A DNA stretch of 64,000 nucleotides from Nannocystis bainbridge (GTDB lineage Bacteria > Myxococcota_A > Polyangia > Nannocystales > Nannocystaceae): the NCBI RefSeq assembly GCF_028368995.1, contig NZ_JAQNDL010000003.1, forward strand, positions 2,624,001 to 2,688,000, written 5' to 3'. Positions 1-12,086 of the stretch are shown here, one piece after another. Under the pieces are notes generated by a model. It made no database searches and had not been told where the DNA came from. It saw nothing but the letters and a program-made list of their open reading frames with translations. Position 1 is the first letter of the stretch. Each line of letters opens with the position of its first letter. Both the position numbers and the translations under genes were made by a program.

Positions 1-24
1 CCGCGATGCTGTATTGCGGTGCAA

Positions 25-672
25 ATGCGCCGACTCCTCCCCCTCGCGCTGGTGACCCTGGCGACCGCCTGCACCGATCGCCCGGTCGGCGAGGACAGCG
101 ACGCCGGCTCGTCGACGACCTCCAATTCGACGACGACCTCGACCGCGACCACCGAGTCCCCGACCACCGAGGCCCCGACCACCGGCGGCACCACCGACGC
201 GCCCGACCCTTGCCTCGAGCACCGCTACGCCAGCGGCGGCTCGCACGCGTGGATGCTGACCTGCGGGCTGCCCGAGCTGTGCGGCGGCGCCGAACCGCTG
301 CTCTTCTCGACCACCACGCTCGAGCCGAGCGCTCCGGAAGAGATCGAGGTCGACGACCTCGACCGCGCGCGCTGCATGGCCGCGGCCCTGCGCGACCGCA
401 CGCCGGGGCAGATCGCCTGGTCGCAGGTCGTCGGCCCCGACGTCATCTTCAGCCCCCTCTCGCTGGAGATCGTCCAGGGCACCGCCCTGGTGCGCAACGT
501 GGACGGCCTCCAAGAGTTTGTGCTCCCCGACACCTACGAGGGCATGTACCCGCTGCGCCCGCCGGAGTTCTTCGCCGCCTGCGCCGAGGGCGACGCGCTC
601 GCCCTGTGGCAATGCCTCATGGACGCCGTCGAACCGGCGTGCCTGCCCGGCCCCATGACCTGTCCCAAGTGA
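25..672 (+). CDS. Cys-rich lipoprotein with Ser/Thr stalk
   Basis: Signal peptide and lipobox (LATAC), Thr/Ser-rich linker, Cys-rich C-terminal domain. Confidence 0.8.
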   Translation: MRRLLPLALVTLATACTDRPVGEDSDAGSSTTSNSTTTSTATTESPTTEAPTTGGTTDAPDPCLEHRYASGGSHAWMLTCGLPELCGGAEPLLFSTTTLEPSAPEEIEVDDLDRARCMAAALRDRTPGQIAWSQVVGPDVIFSPLSLEIVQGTALVRNVDGLQEFVLPDTYEGMYPLRPPEFFAACAEGDALALWQCLMDAVEPACLPGPMTCPK

Positions 673-725
673 CATGTGATTTCGGCGCCGGCGACCCGAC
701 GCACCCGAACCGGCCGCGGCTTGTT

Positions 726-2096
726 ATGCTCCTCGCGCCCGTGACCCGGCTCCGCTCCCTCGCCGTCTTCGTCGTCGCCTTCGCGGTGCTCGCGGTGCTC
801 GCGGGCAAGGACCTGCTGCAGCCGAGCGCCAACAATCACCACGCGCACATGGCCCAGGGCTGGCTCGAAGGTCGGCTCGCGCTCCCGGGCGAGCCGCCGG
901 GCTACCCGCGCAACTTCGACGACTGGGGCCGCGTCCACAGCCTCACCCTCAAGGACGGCACCGTCCTGCGCGGCTTCCCGTGCCGCACCCCGGCCTGCGT
1001 CGACCGGCGCCGGCGCGAGCGCATCGAGAGCTTCCGCGCCACCGACGGTCGCGTCCACGAAGTCCCGCTCGCGCAGGTCGCCGCGCGCGGCGGCACCTGG
1101 TACGTGACCTTTCCGCCAGGTCCGGCGCTGATCATGTTGCCCGGCGTCGCCCTGCTCGGCCTCGGCTTCCCCGACATCCTGCTCACCGTCGTCGTCGGCG
1201 CGCTGATCCCCGCGTTTCTGCTGCGCCTGCTCGAGCGCGTCCGCCCCGGCCGCACGCGCGAGCACCTGCTCGCCTGCGTCGCCTGGACCCTCGCCAGCCC
1301 GGCCTGCTTCGTCGCCGCCCACGGCAGCGTGTGGTTCACCGCGCAGGTCCTCGCGGCCATGTTCCTCGTGCTGCACATCGGCGCCGCGTGGGCCGCCGAG
1401 CGCCCGCTCCGCGCTGGTCTGTGGCTCGGCCTCGCCGCCGCCTGTCGCCCGCAGGTCGCGTTCGCGCTGCCGTTCTTCCTGCTCGAGTGGCGCCGCTTCG
1501 ATCGCCGGCCCGCCACGCTGCTGCGCTTCTTCGCCCCGCTGGCGCTGATCGGCGCCGCGCTGGCGCTGCTCAACTGGGCCCGCTTCGACGACATCTTCGA
1601 GTTCGGCCACCGCTACCTCGAGATCCGCTGGCAGGCGCGGATCCAGGAGCACGGGATGTTCGGCCTGCACTACCTGTGGCGCAACCTCGAGTGCATGGTC
1701 TGGCTGTGGCCGCAGATCCAGCTGTCACCGCTGCACGTGCGCTGGTCGATCCACGGCATGGGCCTCTTGATCGGCTCACCGTGGCTGCTGTGCCTGCTCG
1801 CCGCCCGCGATCCGCTGCCGCAGCGGTGGGGCCTCGTGCTCGCCGCCAGCGCCGTCGCAGTGCCCGCGCTGCTGTATCAGAACAGCGGCCAGGTCCAGTT
1901 CTCATACCGCTTCGCGCTCGATTTCCTGCCGTTCGTGCTGGTCCTGCTGGTCGCCGGCGGCGGCGCGCGCAGCCGGTGGTTCATGCCGCTCGTGCTCGCC
2001 TCGGCCGCTCTGCAGCTTTACGGCGCATGGCTGTTCCAGCGCGCCCCGGGCCGGCTGTTCGTCGCCGACCCGTGGTGGCCGTTCGCGCCGGAGTGA
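726..2096 (+). CDS. Polytopic membrane protein, probable GT-C-type glycosyltransferase
   Basis: About 10 hydrophobic segments, a soluble loop after TM1, and motifs YVTFPPGPA, GSVWFTAQV and QFSYRFALD. Start taken at ATG 726 within ORF 6..2096; the function is inferred. Confidence 0.6.
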   Translation: MLLAPVTRLRSLAVFVVAFAVLAVLAGKDLLQPSANNHHAHMAQGWLEGRLALPGEPPGYPRNFDDWGRVHSLTLKDGTVLRGFPCRTPACVDRRRRERIESFRATDGRVHEVPLAQVAARGGTWYVTFPPGPALIMLPGVALLGLGFPDILLTVVVGALIPAFLLRLLERVRPGRTREHLLACVAWTLASPACFVAAHGSVWFTAQVLAAMFLVLHIGAAWAAERPLRAGLWLGLAAACRPQVAFALPFFLLEWRRFDRRPATLLRFFAPLALIGAALALLNWARFDDIFEFGHRYLEIRWQARIQEHGMFGLHYLWRNLECMVWLWPQIQLSPLHVRWSIHGMGLLIGSPWLLCLLAARDPLPQRWGLVLAASAVAVPALLYQNSGQVQFSYRFALDFLPFVLVLLVAGGGARSRWFMPLVLASAALQLYGAWLFQRAPGRLFVADPWWPFAPE

Positions 2097-2281
2097 AGCT
2101 CGCCCGGCGCTCCGTCGCCGAACCCGCAGCTCGCCGGACCGGCTCCTGGAGACCAGCCCGGCGAACTCGAGTCACAGCACGTCTCGCGTGACTCACTGCG
2201 AAGCGACCGCCGCCTCATCGGCGAGAAGAGGCGAGGATGACCTCGAGCTGGCGCGCGGCGGAGCCAGCCGTCGCCCTCGAG

Positions 2282-4066
2282 TCAGCGCAGCTCGACCGTC
2301 GCCCCGACCGCGTGCAGCAGCTCCTGGTGCGCCATCGCGGCCTCGCGGGCGACCGCCGCCTTGATCAGCGTCGGCGCGGCCTCGACCAGGTCCTTGGCCT
2401 CCTTGAGCCCGAGCCCGGTGATGGCGCGCACCTCCTTGATCACCGAGATCTTGTTCGGCCCGCACACCTGCAGGAACAGGTCGACCTCGGCCGCCACGCC
2501 CCGCTCCGCCTCGCGCAGCTCGACGGCCGCCCCGAGCGCGACGAGCTGCTGCGCCAGCGCGCTCGCCTCGCTGCGCGGCAGCCCCGAGCGCACCACCGCG
2601 CCGGCCGTCTCCGACATGTCCTTGGACTCCTTGAGCCCGAGCCCGGTCACCTCGCGGATCAGCTTGATCACCATGATCTTCTGCGGCCCGCAGTCGTTCA
2701 GCACCACGTCGATCGGCGTCAGGTCGTCGTCCTCGTCCTCGTCCAGCGCCTGGCCGCGGATCTCCACCCGCGCGCCCGCGGCCGTCAGCGCCTCCGCGAG
2801 CCTGCGCGCCTCGTCCCCGCGCAGGCCCTCCTTGATCATGACGTCGGTCGACTCGGACAAGTCCTTGGCGTCCTTGAGCCCGAGCCCCGTAGCCTCGCGG
2901 ATCAGCTTGATCACGCTGATCTTGTTCTCGCCGTGGTGGCGCAAGATCACCCCGAAGCCGCGGCTCGGCTCGGGCAGCGCTGCCGGCGGCGGCGGGGCTG
3001 CGGCACGGAGCTCGACCTGTGCGCCCACGAGCAGCAGCGCCTGCTGGAGCACCCGCGCATCGAACTCGCCCACGCCCTGCTTGATCACCGAGTCGGCGGC
3101 CTCGGACAGGTCCTTGGCGTCCTTGAGCCCGAGCGTGGTGTGGTCGCGGATGACCTTGATGACGTTGATCTTGTTCGGCCCGTGGTGCTGCAGCACCACG
3201 TCGAAGCGCGAGCCCGACGCGAATTGCGGCGTCGCTGTCGGCGCCGCACGTGGCGCCCCGCGGACCGACACCTGCGCGCCCACGGCTGCCAGCGCCCGCT
3301 CGAGCGCCCGCGCCTCCGGCTCGTCCAGGCCTTGTCGGATCACCACGTCGATCGACTCGGACAGATCCTTGGCCTCCTTCAGCCCGAGCCCGGTGGCCTC
3401 GCGGACCAGCTTGACGACATCGATCTTGCGCGTGCCGAAGTGGTGGAGGATCACCGCGAAGCCGTCCGCAGGCGCGCTCGCCGGGGCCGCGCCGCCGGTC
3501 ACCAGGGTCGGCGTTGCGCTGCTGCCCGTCGCGCCCCACGTCACCGCCGCCGACGCTCCGCTTGTCTCGCGCTCCGCCGGCGCGCTGCCGTCGTGCCCGC
3601 GGACCTCGACGATCGCCCCGGCCTCGACCAACTCGTGGCGCAGCGCCTCTGCCTCGTCCTGGGCGAGCCGCCGCTTCAGCAGGCACGGCGCGTCGTCGAC
3701 CAGCTCGACCGCCTCGCGCAGCCCGAGGCCCATCATCATCTTCAGCGCGCGCACGACGTTGATCTTGTTGTCGCCGCGGTCGCGCAGGTACACGTCGAAG
3801 AACGCCGGCGCTGGCGCGGCGCCGTGGGTCCGCAGCTCGACCGTCGCGCCGACGGCCACCAGCTTGACGCGCAGCGCCTCGGCCAGCGCCGGGGCGATCC
3901 GCGTCCGGATCGCGCTCGGGGCCCGGGCCACCAGCTCGGCGGCCGCGGCCGCCTCGAGGCCCGTCATCGCCCGCACCGCCTCGGCCACCGCCGCCGGGTT
4001 CGCCCCGGCTTCGCGCAGGATCACGTCCTGCGGGACAAATTCGCCCGTCTGGCCTCCGCCCGTCAT
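2282..4066 (-). CDS. Protein of seven tandem ribosomal bL12 (L7/L12) C-terminal domains
   Basis: Seven units of about 67 aa matching F-D-V-x-L...K-I-x-V-I-K-x-I-R-x-x-T-G-L-G-L-K-E-A-K-D-L...G-A-x-V-E-L-R. GGAGG RBS precedes ATG 4066. No bL12 N-terminal dimerisation domain. Confidence 0.9.
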   Translation of the reverse strand: MTGGGQTGEFVPQDVILREAGANPAAVAEAVRAMTGLEAAAAAELVARAPSAIRTRIAPALAEALRVKLVAVGATVELRTHGAAPAPAFFDVYLRDRGDNKINVVRALKMMMGLGLREAVELVDDAPCLLKRRLAQDEAEALRHELVEAGAIVEVRGHDGSAPAERETSGASAAVTWGATGSSATPTLVTGGAAPASAPADGFAVILHHFGTRKIDVVKLVREATGLGLKEAKDLSESIDVVIRQGLDEPEARALERALAAVGAQVSVRGAPRAAPTATPQFASGSRFDVVLQHHGPNKINVIKVIRDHTTLGLKDAKDLSEAADSVIKQGVGEFDARVLQQALLLVGAQVELRAAAPPPPAALPEPSRGFGVILRHHGENKISVIKLIREATGLGLKDAKDLSESTDVMIKEGLRGDEARRLAEALTAAGARVEIRGQALDEDEDDDLTPIDVVLNDCGPQKIMVIKLIREVTGLGLKESKDMSETAGAVVRSGLPRSEASALAQQLVALGAAVELREAERGVAAEVDLFLQVCGPNKISVIKEVRAITGLGLKEAKDLVEAAPTLIKAAVAREAAMAHQELLHAVGATVELR

Positions 4067-4296
4067 CGCTCGACCTCCGGGGCCGACGATACCCGAATCA
4101 CCGCGGCACCGTCGCGTCCGCGGACACGGGCGTGTTCGCACCGAGCACCCCGTCGGTGGTCTCGCCCCCCACACCGCGTCCCGGGCGCGATCTCCCGCCA
4201 GCGCCGGGCCGTCCCGCTGCTGCGCTCGCCGGGTCGCTCGAGCAATCCCCCTCGCGCCTCGGCCGACTTCGCCCCGCACCCGGTCGTATCACCTCA

Positions 4297-4345
4297 GGAC
4301 ATGTCCTCAAGAACATATCCTCAAGGACATGCCCCTTCAGACATC

Positions 4346-4348
<3 letters not shown>
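4297..4348. repeat. 14-bp-period GGACATGTCC array (4 units)
   Basis: CATG/CATA/CATG/CATC cores at 4300, 4314, 4328 and 4342. Confidence 0.85.
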
Positions 4349-5824
<1,476 letters not shown>

Positions 5825-5845
5825 CCAGGCCACTGTAGCGCGAAG

Positions 5846-5883
5846 CACTGAAATGTCAGTGCTGCATCACTGAGATTTAAGTG
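5846..5883. promoter_or_regulatory. Two tandem palindromic activator-binding sites (candidate UAS)
   Basis: CACTGA-aatg-TCAGTG (5846-5861) and CACTGA-gatt-TAAGTG (5868-5883) start 22 bp apart, between the activator and the ferredoxin. Confidence 0.65.
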
Positions 5884-5955
5884 CGATCGACTCGGTGCGT
5901 CGCCGCACGGCCCGCAAGCCCCTGTTTTGCAAGCCCTTCTCCTCGCTGGGTCCGA

Positions 5956-5971
5956 CGGCGCGAGGCGTGCT
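5956..5971 (+). promoter_or_regulatory. Candidate sigma54 -24/-12 promoter
   Basis: CGGCGCG-AGGC-GTGCT (GG-N10-GC) about 30 bp upstream of the ferredoxin ATG. Confidence 0.55.
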
Positions 5972-5999
5972 CAGGGCTGCCCCAGGAGACAGATTTTTC

Positions 6000-6302
6000 A
6001 TGCCGCATGTCATCACCCGTCATTGCGTCGGCACCTGCGACACGGTTTGCGTCGAGGCCTGCCCGGTCGAGTGCATCCACGGTCCCATCCCGCACGCGAC
6101 GCTGCGCGCGGTCCCTGCTGCCGAGCGCGGCGTGCGGTTCCCCGGGGTCCAGCTCTACATCGATCCGGACGAATGCATCGACTGCGGCGCGTGCCTCGGG
6201 CAGTGCCCGGTCTCGGCCATTCACATGGACTGCGACGTCCCGGGCGAGCTGCGGGACGACATCGAGGTCAATGCGCGCTTCTTCGGCCGCAAGGTGCGGT
6301 GA
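6000..6302 (+). CDS. Dicluster Fe-S ferredoxin
   Basis: MPHVITRHCVGTCDTVCVEACPVECI and YIDPDECIDCGACLGQCPVSAI. Confidence 0.9.
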   Translation: MPHVITRHCVGTCDTVCVEACPVECIHGPIPHATLRAVPAAERGVRFPGVQLYIDPDECIDCGACLGQCPVSAIHMDCDVPGELRDDIEVNARFFGRKVR

Positions 6303-6368
6303 ATTGCGCCGACGCCGCGGCCGATTGGGCGCGTGACAGTCGTCGCGCGGGGACCCTACACTCTCGGC

Positions 6369-7142
6369 GTGCTTCGTCGCGTCGTCGCCGCTCGCTATGT
6401 CGTTCCGTTGCGGGAGGGCGGCTCGTTACCCGGCGTCGTCGAGGCCGACGACGGCCGCTCCTACGTCGTGAAGTTCCGCGCCGCTGGCCAGGGAGCGCGC
6501 GCTCTGGTCGCCGAGATCGTGGTCGGCGAGCTGGGCCGCACGCTCGGCTTGCCGGTGCCGGAGCTGGTGATCGTCGAGCTCGACGCGGGCGTCGGCCGCA
6601 ACGAGGGCGACCCCGAGATCCGCGACCTCGTGGTGGCGAGCGCCGGCGACAACGTCGGCATGACTTTCTTGGCCAGCGCGATCGGCTTCGACCCCGCGGC
6701 CCGGCCGAAGCTCGATCCGTCGCTCGCCGCCCGCACCGTCGCCTTCGACGCCTTCGCCCAGAACATGGACCGCACGGCCAAGAACACCAACCTGCTGTGG
6801 TGCGCCGGCAAGCTGTGGCTCATCGATCACGGCGCGGCGCTCTACTGGCAGCACGACTGGGACGGCGGCCTCGCCGGCGTCGACTCCAAGTTCCCGCTGA
6901 TCGCCAACCACGTGCTGCTCCCGTGGGCCAGCCCCATCGCGGCCGAGGCCGAGTGGTTGACCGCGGGCCTCACCGACGCGGCGATCGACGCGGCCACCGC
7001 GGCGGTGCCCGAGGCGTGGTGGACGGCCCCGCCCGCGCTGCCGCCTGACGAGTTCCGGGCCGCCTTCACTGCCCGTCTGCGAGCCCGCCGCGACGCCGCG
7101 GCCGTCTACCTGGAGGAGGCCGACCGTGCGCGCGCCGTTTGA
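6369..7142 (+). CDS. HipA-like kinase (HipA_2-type)
   Basis: LREGGSLP, YVVKFR, AE, NMDRTAKNTN and LIDHG kinase motifs. Start is 6333 or 6369. Confidence 0.85.
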   Translation: MLRRVVAARYVVPLREGGSLPGVVEADDGRSYVVKFRAAGQGARALVAEIVVGELGRTLGLPVPELVIVELDAGVGRNEGDPEIRDLVVASAGDNVGMTFLASAIGFDPAARPKLDPSLAARTVAFDAFAQNMDRTAKNTNLLWCAGKLWLIDHGAALYWQHDWDGGLAGVDSKFPLIANHVLLPWASPIAAEAEWLTAGLTDAAIDAATAAVPEAWWTAPPALPPDEFRAAFTARLRARRDAAAVYLEEADRARAV

Positions 7143-7503
7143 TTACGCGATCGTCCGGGTGGTCCCGCGGGTCGAGCGGGAGGAGTTCGTCAACGTGGGC
7201 GTCATCGTCCACGCGCCGACCCTCGGCTTCCTCGGCTGCGCCCTCGCCCTCGACCGCCACCGCGTGCACGCCCTCGCCGACACCGTCGACCTCGAGGCGC
7301 TCACCCGCCACTTGGACGCCTTCCGCGCGGTCTGCTACGGCGACCAGGGCGCCGGCTCGATCGCCGCCCTGCCGATCTCCGAGCGCTTCCACTGGCTGGT
7401 CGCCCCGCGCAGCACCATCATCCAGACCTCCGCGGTCCACGGCGGCGTGTGCACCGACGCGACCTTCGCTCTGCGCGACCTGTTTAAAAAACGCGTGGTC
7501 TGA
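7126..7503 (+). CDS. DUF3037-family protein
   Basis: FDYAIVRVVPRVEREEFVNVGVI and RFHWLVAPRSTIIQTS; overlaps the end of the kinase gene. Confidence 0.88.
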   Translation: MRAPFDYAIVRVVPRVEREEFVNVGVIVHAPTLGFLGCALALDRHRVHALADTVDLEALTRHLDAFRAVCYGDQGAGSIAALPISERFHWLVAPRSTIIQTSAVHGGVCTDATFALRDLFKKRVV

Positions 7504-8054
7504 GCGGCGCGCGAGCCGGCTCGCAAGCATCGTGCGAGAGGACCGCGTGCGGCCAGCGCGGCGCATCGCATCCACGTGCGAGCAGGCGGCGCGCCGCCCC
7601 ACCTCGTCGGTCGCGCGCGAGCGACTCGCCCGGCGCTGCCGGCAATGCTTCGACTCTGCGCGAGCGATCGCTGCGCCGTGCCAGAGGTTCGATGGAGGCG
7701 AGGCGTCGCGGCGCGACCGCCCTCGACGCATGGCCGCGAGTCGCGGCGACCGCAGCGAGGCGTGAATCTTCGATGCGGCCGCGCGCGAGGCATCGCCGTC
7801 CGAATCGCCTCGACCTCCTGCGAGGCGTCGCTTCCGCCGCATGCGGCCCGGCCGCGCCAGCGCTCGAGCGACTCCAACCTTATGCGAGTACGCGGGGCAT
7901 GCCTTCGTCGCGCGGCCCGCTCGCCGTGGACGCGGGCTGCGGGTGCTGAACTCTACGTCTCGGCCCACCCCGTGACGAGCACCGCGCGGTCGGCAGCGAC
8001 AGGCTCGCTGCGCCGACGGCGAGCCGCATGGTTATCCGCAAAGAGGATTCATCC

Positions 8055-8591
8055 ATGCGCAAAGCATCGATCATCACCGCTTCTCTCCTCGCGCTCGTCG
8101 GCACGCTCGCCGTCGCCGCCCCGCCGATGTTCAAGGCCGCCACCACCTTCAACGACGACGGCCTCACCTTGACCGTCGCGGGCAGCCTGTCGGGCCTCCC
8201 GAGCGGCGACCTCGAGTTCAAGCTGTCGGCCACCGGCACCGAGACCGTGGTGTGCGGCGTCCCGGGCGTCGTCGACCCGCCGCCGGCCGAGGTGGTGCTG
8301 GCCGGCTCCAAGGTGGTGACGGTCCCGGCGAACGGAGGCGTGGGCGGCACGTTCGCCGACCTCGCGTCCCTGGCCCCGGCGGCCCCGGCGTGCCCGCAGG
8401 CCGACGGCGAGGCGATCGCGGCCCAGCACGACATCGCGTTCACCAAGGCGTCGATCGAGATCCGCCCGGTCCAGCTCGACCCGGCGCTGCCCCCCGCGAA
8501 GACCGTGCGGTGCATCCAGTGCACCTTCAAGGCCCCCACGATCGACGGCCCGGCCAAGCCGCAGCAGTGCTTGACCCTGTCCGCGTGCTGA
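8055..8591 (+). CDS. Secreted Cys-containing hypothetical protein
   Basis: GAGG RBS, signal peptide MRKASIITASLLALVGTLAVA, coding-like codon bias. Confidence 0.75.
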   Translation: MRKASIITASLLALVGTLAVAAPPMFKAATTFNDDGLTLTVAGSLSGLPSGDLEFKLSATGTETVVCGVPGVVDPPPAEVVLAGSKVVTVPANGGVGGTFADLASLAPAAPACPQADGEAIAAQHDIAFTKASIEIRPVQLDPALPPAKTVRCIQCTFKAPTIDGPAKPQQCLTLSAC

Positions 8592-8613
8592 CGAACCGGG
8601 CGGCATCCTCTTC

Positions 8614-8651
8614 GGACATGTTTTACGAGACATGTCCGATCGCGCACGCTG
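8614..8651. repeat. 14-bp-period GACATG array (2-3 units)
   Basis: Cores at 8617, 8631 and 8645 (CACG variant). Confidence 0.7.
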
Positions 8652-8740
8652 CGATCGCCACGATGCCGCGCGGTCAGGCTACGCCTCGACCTCCGGGACC
8701 TGCTCGACGGCCGCGGTCGCGACCCGTCAGGCCTTCGTCT

Positions 8741-8820
8741 CGACATGTCTCTCGAGACATGCCCAATCGCGCATGCCCTTCAGGACATGCCCGTCAGAGC
8801 ATGTCCGTCGGGCCATCTGC
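8741..8820. repeat. 14-bp-period GACATG array (6 units)
   Basis: Cores at 8744, 8758, 8772, 8786, 8800 and 8814, between convergent genes. Confidence 0.9.
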
Positions 8821-8823
8821 GTC

Positions 8824-10194
<1,371 letters not shown>

Positions 10195-10427
10195 GGAGAG
10201 GTTCTCAGCGGCCCGCTGAGGGCCATGTCTTCGCCCGGGCGGTGCGATGCGACCGCGAGTCCAGGCCCGGAGGCCGATATGCTCGGCTCGCCAGACTCGC
10301 GGGGGTCGGCGCCAATCAAGGCGCAGGCCGAGGCGCAGGCGACCTCGCGCCGCGGACGAAAGACGCGCGGACGGGTACCATGCCTCGGCGGCCGACGCAA
10401 CGACGCGGCCAGACGGTCGCGTCGAGC

Positions 10428-10892
10428 TCAGCGACGCTCGGTGGCGATGTTGACCACGATCGAGGAGCCCTTGAGGTCGGCGCCGTTCAGCGCCTCGATG
10501 ACCCGGGGGGCGTCCTTGCGATTGCCCATGGTGACAAAGCCGAACCCGCGCGAAGCGCCGGTCTCTCGCTCGGTCATGACGACCGCGTCGGCGACCGGGC
10601 CGTAGTTGGCGAATGCATTGCGGAGGTCGCTCGCGGTGGTGCTGCTGCTCAAGCTGCCGACGAACAGGCGCACCGGGATCGTCGCGGCCGAGCGCTCCTG
10701 GCCCGGATTCTCGATCGCCCGCATCGCATCCTCGATCGAGGGGAGCGAGCCCGTGAGGTCCTCGGCGGTAGCGACAGGGATCTCCCGCGGACCGCGCTCG
10801 CGGCGGGCCTCGCGGGCCTGCGCCTTCTCTTGCTGCTTCTTGGCTTTATTGGCCTCGCGGGATCGCTTCCCGGAAGAGTAGTAGTTGCTCAC
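10428..10892 (-). CDS. RRM RNA-binding protein with basic N-terminal extension
   Basis: RNP2 LFVGSL and RNP1 RGFGFVTM; GGAG RBS before GTG 10892. Confidence 0.9.
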   Translation of the reverse strand: MSNYYSSGKRSREANKAKKQQEKAQAREARRERGPREIPVATAEDLTGSLPSIEDAMRAIENPGQERSAATIPVRLFVGSLSSSTTASDLRNAFANYGPVADAVVMTERETGASRGFGFVTMGNRKDAPRVIEALNGADLKGSSIVVNIATERR

Positions 10893-11131
10893 GTCTGGTC
10901 TCCCTGGTGAAGGTCGCGCGCGTGACAGCGGGAAGTGTGATATTTGTTCAAATGCGTCTCGAGGGTTGTCGGCGAACGATCGCCCGGGTCCGTGCAGCTT
11001 ACGGCAAAAACCGCCGCGGCGCCGCACCCTTCTCGCCGGCACAGGCGCCGGTCCGCATACCACGGCCGCCCTGCCCTTGTGACGGGCGTTTGCGGCGCCT
11101 GCGTTCGCTTGCGCACACGCCGGCCTTGCGC

Positions 11132-11794
11132 TCACGCGGGGCCGCGGTCCAGCGGGAACACGGCCACGGTGCACAGCCGGTTGCCGAGGCGGTCGCCGAT
11201 CGCCACGGACCGCTGCTCACGAGGCATCAGCCGCAGCCCGCGCAGGCTGGCGGCGGACGACCATACGCCGAGATCGTGCACGGCGACCTCGGCGTCGCCG
11301 GTGAACAGCACCAGCACGGCGGCGCCGTGGCGGATGTGCGGGTCGGCGGCCAGCTTGTCGATGTCCTTCCAGACAGGTCGCTGGAGGGCGCTGGCGTAGG
11401 CGCGGTTGGGCCCGCGCTCGTTGTGCTGGGCGACGACCTTGACCTCGAGCCAGGCGGCGTCGACCAGCTCGACCGCGTCGGTCGGGGCGAACAGCCCGAC
11501 CTGCGCCGCGGGGTCGACCAGCGGCCTGCCACCTGGCGTGACGACCATGTCGCAACGGACACCCTCGGAGCGGCGCCGCAGGATCCGGTCGCGCGGGAAC
11601 CTGACCTCGGCCGTCACGCCGTAGCCGGCCCCCCGCAGGCCCTCGCGCAGGACCGGGTGCAGCTCGAGCTCGCTGCGGGCGTCGAGGCCCCGGACCGCCT
11701 GCTCGAGCTCGACCTCGGCCGACGCGGCCCCGAGCCCCGCCACCAGGGCGTCGGCGAGGTCGTCCCAGCGCCAGTCGATCGCGGTCGTGTTCAC
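11132..11794 (-). CDS. Hypothetical protein, possible PD-(D/E)xK nuclease fold
   Basis: E...E-V...RCDMVV...WLEVK arrangement. Confidence 0.6.
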   Translation of the reverse strand: MNTTAIDWRWDDLADALVAGLGAASAEVELEQAVRGLDARSELELHPVLREGLRGAGYGVTAEVRFPRDRILRRRSEGVRCDMVVTPGGRPLVDPAAQVGLFAPTDAVELVDAAWLEVKVVAQHNERGPNRAYASALQRPVWKDIDKLAADPHIRHGAAVLVLFTGDAEVAVHDLGVWSSAASLRGLRLMPREQRSVAIGDRLGNRLCTVAVFPLDRGPA

Positions 11795-12086
11795 GGCGGG
11801 CGAGCTTAGCGCTCGCCCTCCGCCGCGCCCGCACCCGCCCGCAGCGCCGCGACGGACGCGAAGATTCGCCGCCCTCGCCCCGCCGCCGAGGTCTGACTCA
11901 CACGCCGCGGCGCTCGCGTCGCAGGGCCGCGCGGCGCCTCGCCATCAACCTGTCTCTTCAGACATCTCACCGCCTCGCTGCGGTCGTCGGCTCGTTCGTC
12001 GTCAGCGACGGCTGTGCGGAGCGCGCGCTTGCGGCTCGCGACGGCCCTCGGCTATGCCTCGCGCTCCCCGACAGGAAGGTCCCCCC

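Noticed and set aside
2282-4066. Annotation as the genuine rplL gene
   Set aside because: No N-terminal dimerisation domain, about five times too long, and no rplJ/rpoB context.
7504-8054. 550-bp gap as a possible ncRNA or small gene
   Set aside because: No recognisable RNA motif, and the ORFs there lack coding-like composition.
8741-8820. Decamers match the eukaryotic p53 half-site RRRCWWGYYY
   Set aside because: Bacterial context with no p53-like protein evident, so the match is treated as coincidence. The arrays are also too short-spaced for CRISPR.
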